Of a stretch of DNA of 64,000 nucleotides, positions 43,968 to 52,525 are shown in pieces. Within the stretch, counting starts at the first letter, position 1; each line of letters begins with the position of its first letter. Both the position numbers and the translations under genes were made by a program. The notes below the pieces were generated by a model. The model worked only from the letters and a program-made list of their open reading frames with translations, was not told the origin of the DNA and ran no database searches. The stretch is taken from positions 24,620 to 88,619 of the forward strand of contig JAZRUV010000008.1 in NCBI GenBank assembly GCA_045652705.1. The letters run 5' to 3'. Source of the stretch: Clostridia bacterium (GTDB lineage: Bacteria > Bacillota > Clostridia > TANB77 > CAG-465).

Positions 43968-44576
43968 ATGCTAAAGAAGTGGATTAAAGAGTATATTACT
44001 ATAAATAAAAGGGATATATTGATAGTAGTAGGATTACTTCTTTTGGGGGTTGTCATAGGAATAGGAGTATATGTATTTTCTTCTGAAGAAGTAAAGCAAA
44101 TAGTAATAACAAGTGTTAGACAAGTTTTAGATATTTCTAAAAAGGATACGTATGTAAAAACAAATATAATTAAAAATGGAATAAAAACAAATTTAATAAC
44201 AATATGTTTATTAGCTACACTTTCAGTAATGCTTTTTGGGAAATATGTAATATACTGTTTAACGATTTTAAAGGGTGCTGCGATAGCTGTATATACTCTG
44301 GTCATATTCAATATTTTTGGGGCATTATGGGGTATAGTTGTTACACTTCTTTTAGTAATACTCATAAACATATTATATATACCGGCCTTTATATATCTAG
44401 TAATAAGTTTTTTGGAACTAAACTTTAATATATTTAAGGTAAAGTTAAATGCAAATGGATATGGAGTATATAAATTATTGTTAGCCATTTTTATTTGCTC
44501 AATATTAATGTTTTCGAGTGTAATAGTAGAACAAATTGCCGGTAATGTGGTGCTAAATATATATAGTAAAATGTGA
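43968..44576 (+). CDS. spoIIM: stage II sporulation protein M
   Basis: About 202 aa with multiple TM helices. The ILKGAAIAVYTLVIF and LINILYIPAFIYLVIS blocks are colinear with B. subtilis SpoIIM as I recall it. The gene sits next to xerD, as in other Firmicutes. Confidence 0.65.
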   Translation: MLKKWIKEYITINKRDILIVVGLLLLGVVIGIGVYVFSSEEVKQIVITSVRQVLDISKKDTYVKTNIIKNGIKTNLITICLLATLSVMLFGKYVIYCLTILKGAAIAVYTLVIFNIFGALWGIVVTLLLVILINILYIPAFIYLVISFLELNFNIFKVKLNANGYGVYKLLLAIFICSILMFSSVIVEQIAGNVVLNIYSKM

Positions 44577-44762
44577 CTTGATAATTAAATAAAAACATAT
44601 TATATTATTTTTAAGTATGTGTTTTATACCTTTCTTTCTCTCGGTAATAAAAATGCATAATGATTACATAAAAAAATGAAAAAAGACTTGCAAATCTGTT
44701 AAAAGTAGTGTAAAATAGTAGCAGTTAAAAAATTATGTAATACACATTTACGGGGGTATGAG

Positions 44763-45641
44763 ATGGAACTTATTATTCAAGACTTTATAGATTACTTAGA
44801 AAGCAAACAAGTATCTAAAAACACACTTTTGTCGTATAAGAGAGATATCAATCAATTATACGCATATTTAGAACAAATAGGCAAAAAAATGTTTGAAGCA
44901 ACTGAGGAAGACTTAACAGCATATATTGCATATATGCAAACATTAGAAAAATCTAATGCAACAATTTCTAGAAATATAGCTTCTATGAAAGCTTTTTATA
45001 GATATTTGTTAAAACTAAAATTAGTAGAAAAGAACATCGCAGAAAAATTAACTTCTCCAAAAGTTGAGAAGAAAGAATTATCTATACTTTCAGTTACTGA
45101 GGTTGAAAACTTATTAGAACAACCTAGTACTAGTGACCTTAAAGGGCAAAGAGATAAAGCTATGCTTGAAGTGTTATATGCTACAGGTATTAGAGTTACA
45201 GAATTAATATCTCTTAACTTAAGTGACGTTAATTTAAATGCAGGTCATATTAAAGTCAAGAAGAAAAATAAGGAAAGAATAATACCACTTGGAAATACAA
45301 CTTTAAGATATTTAAAAGAATATGTTGAAAATGTAAGACCGCTATTAATAAAAACAGAGGAAGAACCATCTCTATTTATTAATGCGAATGGTCAAAAAAT
45401 GACTAGACAAGGATTTTGGAAAATACTTAAACAATATAAAGAGCAAGCTAAAATAGATAAAGAGCTTACTCCACACACCATAAGGCATTCATTTGCTGTG
45501 CACATGTTACAAAATGGTGCTGAAATAAAAACAGTACAAGAATTACTTGGACATACTGACGTAGCATCAACATTAATGTATACACATGTTGCAGATATGA
45601 AATTAAGGGATGAGTATTTAAAAGCTCATCCAAGAGTGTGA
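44763..45641 (+). CDS. xerD: tyrosine site-specific recombinase XerD/XerC family
   Basis: It has an N-terminal SAM-like domain, ATGIRVTEL, and HTIRHSFAVHMLQNGAEIKTVQELLGHTDVASTLMYTHV (R-H-R-Y catalytic set). Confidence 0.8.
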   Translation: MELIIQDFIDYLESKQVSKNTLLSYKRDINQLYAYLEQIGKKMFEATEEDLTAYIAYMQTLEKSNATISRNIASMKAFYRYLLKLKLVEKNIAEKLTSPKVEKKELSILSVTEVENLLEQPSTSDLKGQRDKAMLEVLYATGIRVTELISLNLSDVNLNAGHIKVKKKNKERIIPLGNTTLRYLKEYVENVRPLLIKTEEEPSLFINANGQKMTRQGFWKILKQYKEQAKIDKELTPHTIRHSFAVHMLQNGAEIKTVQELLGHTDVASTLMYTHVADMKLRDEYLKAHPRV

Positions 45642-45655
45642 TAAATGAAATTTAG

Positions 45656-45680
45656 GCGAATACTTAGGTATTCGCTTTTC
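45656..45680 (+). terminator. Rho-independent terminator
   Basis: 8-bp stem gcgaatac/gtattcgc, 4-nt loop, tttt. Confidence 0.75.
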
Positions 45681-45729
45681 TAAAATAATAAATATATAAA
45701 TATACAAAACGCATTACGGGAGAAAAAAC

Positions 45730-46464
45730 ATGAGAAATTTAAAATTAACTATAGAATATGATGGAACAAATTTTAATGGTTGGCAAATACAAAAAGATAA
45801 AAGAACGGTACAAGAAGAAGTACAAGTAGCTTTATCTAAAATACTAAAGGAAGAAGTTACAATAATTGGTTCGGGTAGAACTGATGCAGGGGTGCATGCT
45901 TTAGGGCAAATTGCAAATTTTAAAACGGAAAAAACAATTAAACCACAAGAATTGTTATTTGGTATAAATACAATGTTACCTATAGATATAGTGGTAACAA
46001 ATGTTCAAGAAGTAGACGAAGAATTTAATGCAAGAAATAGTGCTAAAAAGAAACATTATAGATATGTTATAAACAATGGAAAATTTCCTTCTGCTTTAAA
46101 TGCAAATAGGGAATATCACTTTAAGTATTTTTTAGATACTGAAGCAATGCAAATGGCCGCTGATGACCTTGTGGGAGAGCATAATTTTAAAGCGTTTGCT
46201 GCAGCCGGAAGTACGGTAAAGGATACAACAAGAACAATTTATTTATTAAAAGTAAATAGACTTGGAGATAGAGTTATTATTGATGTTGTGGGTAATGGTT
46301 TTTTATACAATATGGTAAGAATAATAGTGGGTACGCTTTTAGATATAGGTTCAGGGAAATTAGATATATGTGTAATGAAAAACATGATAGAAACGGGTGA
46401 TAGAGCACTAGGTGGCAGAACAGCAGGGCCGGAAGGTTTGTATCTAGTAGATGTTGAGTATTAG
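45730..46464 (+). CDS. truA: tRNA pseudouridine(38-40) synthase
   Basis: The pattern YDGT.F.GWQ.Q ... GSGRTDAGVHALGQ (catalytic Asp) ... FLYNMVR is present. Confidence 0.95.
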   Translation: MRNLKLTIEYDGTNFNGWQIQKDKRTVQEEVQVALSKILKEEVTIIGSGRTDAGVHALGQIANFKTEKTIKPQELLFGINTMLPIDIVVTNVQEVDEEFNARNSAKKKHYRYVINNGKFPSALNANREYHFKYFLDTEAMQMAADDLVGEHNFKAFAAAGSTVKDTTRTIYLLKVNRLGDRVIIDVVGNGFLYNMVRIIVGTLLDIGSGKLDICVMKNMIETGDRALGGRTAGPEGLYLVDVEY

Positions 46465-46560
46465 TAAAGATCAAAATTTATAATTTGTTTAGTGTGCATA
46501 TATTTTAGTTATTGACAAAACATGACATGTTTAGTAGAATGAACATGAGGAGGTTATATT

Positions 46561-46941
46561 ATGATAGAAGCATATAAAAAGTATTTTATAAACTATACAA
46601 ATTTCAAAGGCAGATCGTCAAGAAGCGATTACTGGTGGGTAATATTAGCAAACTTTATAATAGGACTAGCTTTTGGATGCTTAGGCGAATTTGGTGAAAC
46701 GTTATCTACGCTATATTCAGTTATAACATTAGTTCCAGGAATAGCATTAATAGTTAGAAGATATCACGATATAAACAAATCTGGTTGGAACTATTTGTTT
46801 ATACTTATTCCATTTGTTGGCTGGATTGTTGTATTAGTGGATTTCTGTACAAAGAGTGTAAATGAAAACAACAAATATGATGAAAAAAGTAGAAAGTGTT
46901 GTAAATGCAGTAAAATAAAAGATGAGAGCTTAACTGTTTGA
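46561..46941 (+). CDS. DUF805-family membrane protein
   Basis: GRSSRSDYWW and RRYHDINKSGW motifs, plus hydrophobic helices. Confidence 0.75.
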   Translation: MIEAYKKYFINYTNFKGRSSRSDYWWVILANFIIGLAFGCLGEFGETLSTLYSVITLVPGIALIVRRYHDINKSGWNYLFILIPFVGWIVVLVDFCTKSVNENNKYDEKSRKCCKCSKIKDESLTV

Positions 46942-46979
46942 AGTTGAGTTCTTTTATGTATGAACAAACTCTTTAAAGG

Positions 46980-47008
46980 TTTACATTTATGTTAACATGT
47001 GATATAAT
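46980..47008 (+). promoter_or_regulatory. extended -10 promoter of the islet next to tRNA-Leu
   Basis: TTTACA, 17-nt spacer, TGa-TATAAT. Confidence 0.55.
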
Positions 47009-47083
47009 TATTCATGAAGATTACGTGAGTAGCCTTCCAAAATTGGAGGGCTATTGCCCTTCTTAAACTTAAGGAGGAAAGTT

Positions 47084-47641
47084 ATGTTAGCAGCAAAATT
47101 GAATTCGTGTACGTGGAGTAGAGTACCTACGTGGGTTAATATGAGATGTAGCGATCCTGGGGATGAGTATTTAGAAAATCAGTATAGTGAATCTGATTTT
47201 GATAATTATGTAGAGCTTCTCTTTAGAGAGGTTGCAGAACAAATGAAGGTAAACTACAGCGGGGTTAAAGATATCCTATATGGCCATAATACTAGGTTCT
47301 TTGAGGAAAAGGCGCGCTATTTTAGTAATTACGATTTTATGGGAGTGCGTGAAGATGAGTTTGAAAGTTTAACTAGTAAATTGCTATTACCGAGTATCTT
47401 TGAACTTGAAAAGAAGAGTACAGTCCAAGCATTTTTGGATAGCTTTGATATGCTTGAGCTTAAAGACAAAGTAGAAATACTAGATAGGCTTTCTATGGCA
47501 AAAATAGACTTTGGACAACTTAATATTGGCCCAGCTAATAGTGTAGGAAAAACGATAGTTTCTTTATCTGAAGAGACCAAGTATCGATTAGTAAAAAGTG
47601 TTTTTGAAGCAGAAGTGGACATTGATATTGAACTAAAATAA
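47084..47641 (+). CDS. hypothetical protein (185 aa), GC-richer
   Basis: ATG 47084 lies 7 nt after AAGGAGG; the track start at 47054 is a TTG. I recognise no motif. Confidence 0.6.
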   Translation: MLAAKLNSCTWSRVPTWVNMRCSDPGDEYLENQYSESDFDNYVELLFREVAEQMKVNYSGVKDILYGHNTRFFEEKARYFSNYDFMGVREDEFESLTSKLLLPSIFELEKKSTVQAFLDSFDMLELKDKVEILDRLSMAKIDFGQLNIGPANSVGKTIVSLSEETKYRLVKSVFEAEVDIDIELK

Positions 47642-47663
47642 TTATAAAAAGGGGATAATACAA

Positions 47664-48113
47664 ATGACTAAAACACAATTTTTGGAAGTTCTTTCAACTC
47701 AAGGTGTTCGCTTTAACAGAGTAAATGGATTTAGCTTAAGCTATGAGAACACAGTGGTTTTAAGAGGGCGTATTCCACTTGCGCTTGCAAGAAAAATACG
47801 AGACATAGAAGACAATGGTAAATTGGGTATATCCTTTGGAGCCTCATATGTAGAACAACCTGACGAATGGGCAACCAATGCCGATTTGGAAGATATGCTA
47901 TCTGAAGCGATTGCAGATATGTCAGAGCTTTCTAAGGCGGGAACCATATATGAAACTAAAAGGATAGAATATATTAAGAAAGCTGAACAAAAAGGAAAGC
48001 TTGACGATATTTATGTTTTGTCTGTTTATGTAGATACAGCTCAGGGATTACGGCATATCATACGTACCATTCGAGAAAGTGGATATATCAACCAATGTGT
48101 TTGGCGTAGGTGA
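47664..48113 (+). CDS. hypothetical protein (149 aa), GC-richer
   Basis: ORF with an AAAGGGG RBS, 22 nt after the previous gene. I recognise no motif. Confidence 0.6.
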   Translation: MTKTQFLEVLSTQGVRFNRVNGFSLSYENTVVLRGRIPLALARKIRDIEDNGKLGISFGASYVEQPDEWATNADLEDMLSEAIADMSELSKAGTIYETKRIEYIKKAEQKGKLDDIYVLSVYVDTAQGLRHIIRTIRESGYINQCVWRR

Positions 48114-48121
48114 TTAATAAA

Positions 48122-48160
48122 AAATACTACCAGAGTTAATTAATTCTGGTAGTATTTTTA
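48122..48160 (+). terminator. Rho-independent terminator
   Basis: 12-bp stem aaatactaccag/ctggtagtattt, then ttttt. Confidence 0.85.
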
Positions 48161-48164
48161 TGTA

Positions 48165-48200
48165 TAAAATAAAAAAGCACGAATTTTTACGTTCGTGCTT
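48165..48200 (-). terminator. terminator downstream of tRNA-Leu
   Basis: 9-bp stem aagcacgaa/ttcgtgctt, followed on the minus strand by T6. Confidence 0.85.
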
Positions 48201-48205
48201 ACACG

Positions 48206-48292
48206 TGGTGGGAAAGACCGGAATCGAACCGGTACGAGTGTTACCTCGCAGGATTTTAAGTCCTGTGCGTCTGCCAGTTCCGCCACTATCCC
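48206..48292 (-). tRNA. tRNA-Leu (anticodon UAA), class II, CCA encoded
   Basis: I folded this by hand. The acceptor stem is GGGATAG/CTTTCCC (one U-U mismatch). The D arm is GCG..CGC. The anticodon arm is CAGGA-CTTAAAA-TCCTG. The long variable arm is CGAG-GTAACA-CTCG. The T arm is ACCGG-TTCGATT-CCGGT. The 3' end is ACCA. Confidence 0.93.
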
Positions 48293-48413
48293 GTGCAAGT
48301 AATATATTAACATTTTTTTTGCTTGCTGTCAAGGAGTTTATTAAAAATATTTTTCTTAATTCATATTTTTCTAATAGTTGCCATATATTGTAACAAGGTT
48401 AAGGGGGAAAACT

Positions 48414-49682
48414 ATGCTAAATTTAAGAAAAATATTAGTAGTATTTTTAATAATTATAATGCTATGTAGTGTAATTATGCCAATAAGTATATATGCCATG
48501 CCAGATTTTGCTATAGTTGAAAGCAATAGCGAAAATATTGAGACACAAACTAAAAACTATAAAACAGCAGAGTCTTCTATACAAACAGCAGCAGCGCCTG
48601 CTTTTAATTTTCAGTCAGCTTCCCAAGTGTTGATGGAAGCAACGACAGGTGAAATAATATATGCTAATAACGAAAATGAGAGATTGCTTCCGGCATCTGT
48701 TACTAAAATAATGACACTTCTTTTGGTTATGGAACAAATAGATAACGGGAGTTTAAGATACACAGATACAGTAACTTGCACAAGTAATGCGTCTGGAATG
48801 GGTGGTTCTCAGATTTGGTTTAAAGAAGGAGAGACTTTAACGGTTGATGAAGCTTTAAAATGTATTTGTGTAGTTTCTGCAAATGATGTAAGTGTTGCTA
48901 TGGCTGAACTTGTAGGGGGAAGTCATGAAAATTTTGTAGCTATGATGAATGCTAAGGCAAAAGAACTAGGGATGGAAAACACTAACTTTATGAATGCTCA
49001 CGGAATAGACGAGGAAGGGCATTATACAACAGCTAAAGATATAGCTATAATGTCGCGTGAGTTGATGGTAAGACATCCGGGTATAAAAAAATATACAACA
49101 ATATGGATGGATAGCATAAGAGGCGGAACGTTTGAACTTGCCAATACAAACAAATTATTAAAAACATATAAAGGAATGACTGGGCTAAAAACAGGTTCTA
49201 CGTCGCAGGCGTTGTTTAATTTATCCGCTACAGCGGAAAGAGAAGGTTTGTCTTTGATTGCAGTAGTAATGAAAGCACCAACGAGCAAGGTAAGAAATGA
49301 AGAGATAACAAGCCTTTTAAATTATGGTTTTTCAGCATATACAAGTAGTAAGATAGCAGCAGCAGGAGATGTAGTAGAAAAAATAAAAATAAGTAAGCAT
49401 ATAACGAAAGAGGTAGATGTTGTATTGGAAAAAGATGAGTATTTAATTAGTAAGAAAGGTGAAGCTAAAGAATACACAAAAGTTGTAAAATATAACGATA
49501 ATCTTAAAGCTCCAATAAATAAAAATACACCTATAGGCAAGCTGCAATTTCTAGCCAATGATGGAAGCGTTTTACGAGAAGCTAATCTAATGCTAACAGA
49601 AGATGCGTATAAATCTAACTTGTGGGAATATATAATGCACATTGTAGATCTATTTACTATGAAGGGTATGAAAACAAAGTAG
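48414..49682 (+). CDS. D-alanyl-D-alanine carboxypeptidase (PBP5/DacB/DacF-like, S11)
   Basis: SVTK (SxxK), SAND (SxN) and KTGST (KTG) motifs, plus a signal-anchor N-terminus. I prefer ATG 48414 because it follows AAGGGGG. Confidence 0.9.
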   Translation: MLNLRKILVVFLIIIMLCSVIMPISIYAMPDFAIVESNSENIETQTKNYKTAESSIQTAAAPAFNFQSASQVLMEATTGEIIYANNENERLLPASVTKIMTLLLVMEQIDNGSLRYTDTVTCTSNASGMGGSQIWFKEGETLTVDEALKCICVVSANDVSVAMAELVGGSHENFVAMMNAKAKELGMENTNFMNAHGIDEEGHYTTAKDIAIMSRELMVRHPGIKKYTTIWMDSIRGGTFELANTNKLLKTYKGMTGLKTGSTSQALFNLSATAEREGLSLIAVVMKAPTSKVRNEEITSLLNYGFSAYTSSKIAAAGDVVEKIKISKHITKEVDVVLEKDEYLISKKGEAKEYTKVVKYNDNLKAPINKNTPIGKLQFLANDGSVLREANLMLTEDAYKSNLWEYIMHIVDLFTMKGMKTK

Positions 49683-49720
49683 ATAAATGTAGTATAATAG
49701 CATAAAATAAATGGTTTAGG

Positions 49721-49753
49721 AACGTAATATTTCGGAAATATTACGTTTTTTTT
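49721..49753 (+). terminator. Rho-independent terminator
   Basis: Stem of about 11-13 bp, aacgtaatattt/aaatattacgtt, then T8. Confidence 0.9.
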
Positions 49754-49791
49754 ACATTTGTGTTAACAGCGCTACAAATCAATGATTTCAG

Positions 49792-49820
49792 TTGACTATT
49801 TAACTAGTTTGTTATATTAT
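49792..49820 (+). promoter_or_regulatory. candidate promoter of the Tad-like locus
   Basis: TTGACT, 17-nt spacer, TATTAT. Confidence 0.45.
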
Positions 49821-49848
49821 TTTCACAGTATTATGGAGGTTTGTACAT

Positions 49849-50961
49849 ATGATAGGAATGAATCAAATAAAGAAAAGATTAATTCATGGAATTTTAATAG
49901 GTCTAGCAATAGGATTAGTATTTGTAATTATTACAATTATAATATCTAACAATATTGTTACGGGATATAAGGAAGGAACAAATAAAACATTTTTAGAAAG
50001 GTATACATCTGATGTTGTAACTTTTACAAGGGATGTTGTTCAAGGTGAAACAATTACACCTGACATGCTTCAAACAACTACAATACACATAAATACAGTT
50101 CCAAGTAATGCATATACTTCAGTTGGGGCGGTAGTTGGTCAGGTAGCAAAGTATAACATAGTAAGAAATTCTACAGTTGTGTCTTCTATGGTATCAGATA
50201 AAATAATATCGCAAGATATGAGAATACAAGAAATAAATGCTGTAGTACTTCCAACTGACCTTATGGTAAATGATTTTATAGATATAAGATTAATGTATCC
50301 AAGTGGTGTTGAATATACAGTGCTTGCTCAAAAGCAAGTTACAAAAATAGTTGGAACAACAATATGGATGGATATGTCTGAAGAAGATACACTTATGCTT
50401 AACAGTGCTATAGTAGATTCGTATTTAACAGATGGAACGAAATTATATGCAGTTAGATATACAGATCCAACTACGCAAATAAAATTAGGGGAGTCAGAAG
50501 CAGCTGCAAGTTCTGCTAGACTATGGCTAAAAGACGAAATAGGAAAAAAGTTAGCACAGTTTAATAGTATTGACGAGGTATATGTGACTGAAAACAGACC
50601 TACAGGTAATGTTAATATATATGGTGAGGCTGAAACAACACCTGTAGCTACTGCAAAAGATAAAATAATAGACATGGTAACAGATTATGCTATAGAGTAT
50701 AGATATTATGTTGAGTCGTTCAATAAAACAAAAGTAACATATCAACCTAATGCTCAAGTAATGGCATATATGAAAAATGAGGATAATTATATCGTTGAAA
50801 AAGCTAAAGAAAGATTAAGTGCTACTGCAAGACAAAATATCGAAAGAAACATTGCGTTATTTGAAAATTCAAATGCTGAAGGATATTCAAATGTAGTTTC
50901 AGGAATAAACACATCAATAACTGCACAACAAACTCTAAGAAATCAGGCGTTAGGACAATAA
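49849..50961 (+). CDS. CpaB/RcpC-like pilus assembly protein
   Basis: 370 aa. It has an N-terminal TM segment and a SAF-like segment (FTRDVVQGETITPDML). The RcpC-like block (MRIQEINAVVLPTDLMVNDFIDIRLMYPSG) follows, then a long C-terminal extension. Confidence 0.65.
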   Translation: MIGMNQIKKRLIHGILIGLAIGLVFVIITIIISNNIVTGYKEGTNKTFLERYTSDVVTFTRDVVQGETITPDMLQTTTIHINTVPSNAYTSVGAVVGQVAKYNIVRNSTVVSSMVSDKIISQDMRIQEINAVVLPTDLMVNDFIDIRLMYPSGVEYTVLAQKQVTKIVGTTIWMDMSEEDTLMLNSAIVDSYLTDGTKLYAVRYTDPTTQIKLGESEAAASSARLWLKDEIGKKLAQFNSIDEVYVTENRPTGNVNIYGEAETTPVATAKDKIIDMVTDYAIEYRYYVESFNKTKVTYQPNAQVMAYMKNEDNYIVEKAKERLSATARQNIERNIALFENSNAEGYSNVVSGINTSITAQQTLRNQALGQ

Positions 50962-50975
50962 TTTAGGAGGAACAA

Positions 50976-51701
50976 ATGCAAAAGGTAATAGGTTTAGTAG
51001 GATATGTAAACAAAACAGAATATGTTATAAATCTAGCAAAAGTATTATCAATTACAGGCAAATCAGTGCTTGTAATTGATGGTACTGTTGAAGAACGTTT
51101 AAGATATTCTATACCAGCCTTTAATAATTCAGAGAAAGAATATTTAGTACATTTTGATACAGTAGATTACGCACTAGGTTTTAGAAGTATTGAAAGTATA
51201 AAAGAATATATTTGCAAGAAAACATCTAACGCAGATAACTATGATATTATACTAATAGATATAGATAACGTCAGTGCTTACGAAGATTTCAGACAAGAAA
51301 ATTTTTCCAAGACATTCTTTTTCTTAGAATATTTAAATATTTCAATGGCAAAAAATGAAGAGCTTTTAAAAGCAATAGCAAGCTATGAAGCAGTAGATAG
51401 AAAACCGGTCCTTTCAAGGGTGATATTTAAGCAATATGTAACAAGAGCAAGTGAAAAATATTTTGAAAACAAAATATTAAATTTCCCAATAGAGTGGAAT
51501 GAAGTTGCATATGAACTTCCTTATATGGACCAAGATAAAATTGCGGATATAGAATTTGAACAAAGTGGTTATATAGATATGAATAGACACACTAAAGTGT
51601 ACTTAAATTTAGTAACAGATATGGCGTCAGATATAATTGGAGACGTACAAGCAGGAGATATAAGAAAAATGGTTAAAATGTATACAAGGGGGAGAGCGTA
51701 A
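50976..51701 (+). CDS. TadZ/CpaE-like ParA-fold protein, degenerate Walker A (1)
   Basis: ParA/MinD strand pattern: VIGLVGYVNKTEYVINLAKVL..KSVLVIDGT ... YDIILIDID. The deviant P-loop GYVNKTE replaces KGGxGKT. Confidence 0.55.
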   Translation: MQKVIGLVGYVNKTEYVINLAKVLSITGKSVLVIDGTVEERLRYSIPAFNNSEKEYLVHFDTVDYALGFRSIESIKEYICKKTSNADNYDIILIDIDNVSAYEDFRQENFSKTFFFLEYLNISMAKNEELLKAIASYEAVDRKPVLSRVIFKQYVTRASEKYFENKILNFPIEWNEVAYELPYMDQDKIADIEFEQSGYIDMNRHTKVYLNLVTDMASDIIGDVQAGDIRKMVKMYTRGRA

Positions 51702-52507
51702 TGCCAAAGATAGTTTTTTGGAGTCCAGTAGCAACTTCCATAGGGCAAACACACGCTAGTGTGGCAGTAAGTACTTTGATGGCAATAGAAGAAGATTTTT
51801 CAAACATTCTTCTACATGGGCATTGGCAAGCCAAGAAAATAGAGAGTTCCTTTACAGATTATGAGTCTTTAAAGGCTCAAAACGTCTTTAACAGTTCTAG
51901 TATGGGTATTACTGCTTTAGCAAGACTTGTAGAGAGCAATAAATTAACGCCTGAGAGTATTAGGAATTATGCAAAACCAGTTTTGAAACAAAGATTGGAT
52001 GTAATGTATGGCACTAACGTTGCAAGTAGAGAACAATTTAGTCAACTTACAAATAGCTTGTCTATGGTTATTGGGAAAGCAAATGAAACTTATGATTTAG
52101 TATGGGTTGACCTTCCTAAAGGAACAGAAAAGACATATATTACAGATGCTTTAGAAAGTGCGGACTATATAGTATGTACTATAAATCAAGAAGAAGTATT
52201 TTTAGAAGAGGCAATAGAAAAATATCTTGCAAATGATATTATAAAAAAGAAACCAAGAATGTTACTTATGTGTAATTATGAACAAAAATCTAAATATAAT
52301 ATACCAAATATTCGCAGAAAATATGGAATAAAAGAAGCGATACACGCAATACCACATAATTACGTGTTTACGGATGCATGTAATGATGGTTCGGTTATAG
52401 ATTTCTTTTATAAAAATATCGCAGCAGATAAAACTGATTATAATGGCGAATTTATACACGAAATAAGAAGTATAACAAAAACAATATTAGATCATGTAAA
52501 AATATAA
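51701..52507 (+). CDS. TadZ/CpaE-like ParA-fold protein, degenerate Walker A (2)
   Basis: KIVFWSPVATSIGQTHASVAVS ... YDLVWVDLP ... ADYIVCTINQE. The P-loop Lys is replaced (GQT for GKT). The start overlaps the previous stop codon. Confidence 0.55.
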   Translation: MPKIVFWSPVATSIGQTHASVAVSTLMAIEEDFSNILLHGHWQAKKIESSFTDYESLKAQNVFNSSSMGITALARLVESNKLTPESIRNYAKPVLKQRLDVMYGTNVASREQFSQLTNSLSMVIGKANETYDLVWVDLPKGTEKTYITDALESADYIVCTINQEEVFLEEAIEKYLANDIIKKKPRMLLMCNYEQKSKYNIPNIRRKYGIKEAIHAIPHNYVFTDACNDGSVIDFFYKNIAADKTDYNGEFIHEIRSITKTILDHVKI

Positions 52508-52525
52508 TGTAAGGAGGAAAGAGCT

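Noticed and set aside
44763-45641. The tyrosine recombinase as the integrase of one of the accessory islets.
   Set aside because: Its composition is native AT-rich. It sits in the conserved spoIIM-xerD neighbourhood, far from any islet boundary. Its sequence pattern is that of chromosomal XerD/XerC.
48114-48393. ORFs 48114-48332 (minus) and 48160-48393 (plus).
   Set aside because: They overlap the tRNA-Leu gene and two terminators. The tRNA cloverleaf explains the region.
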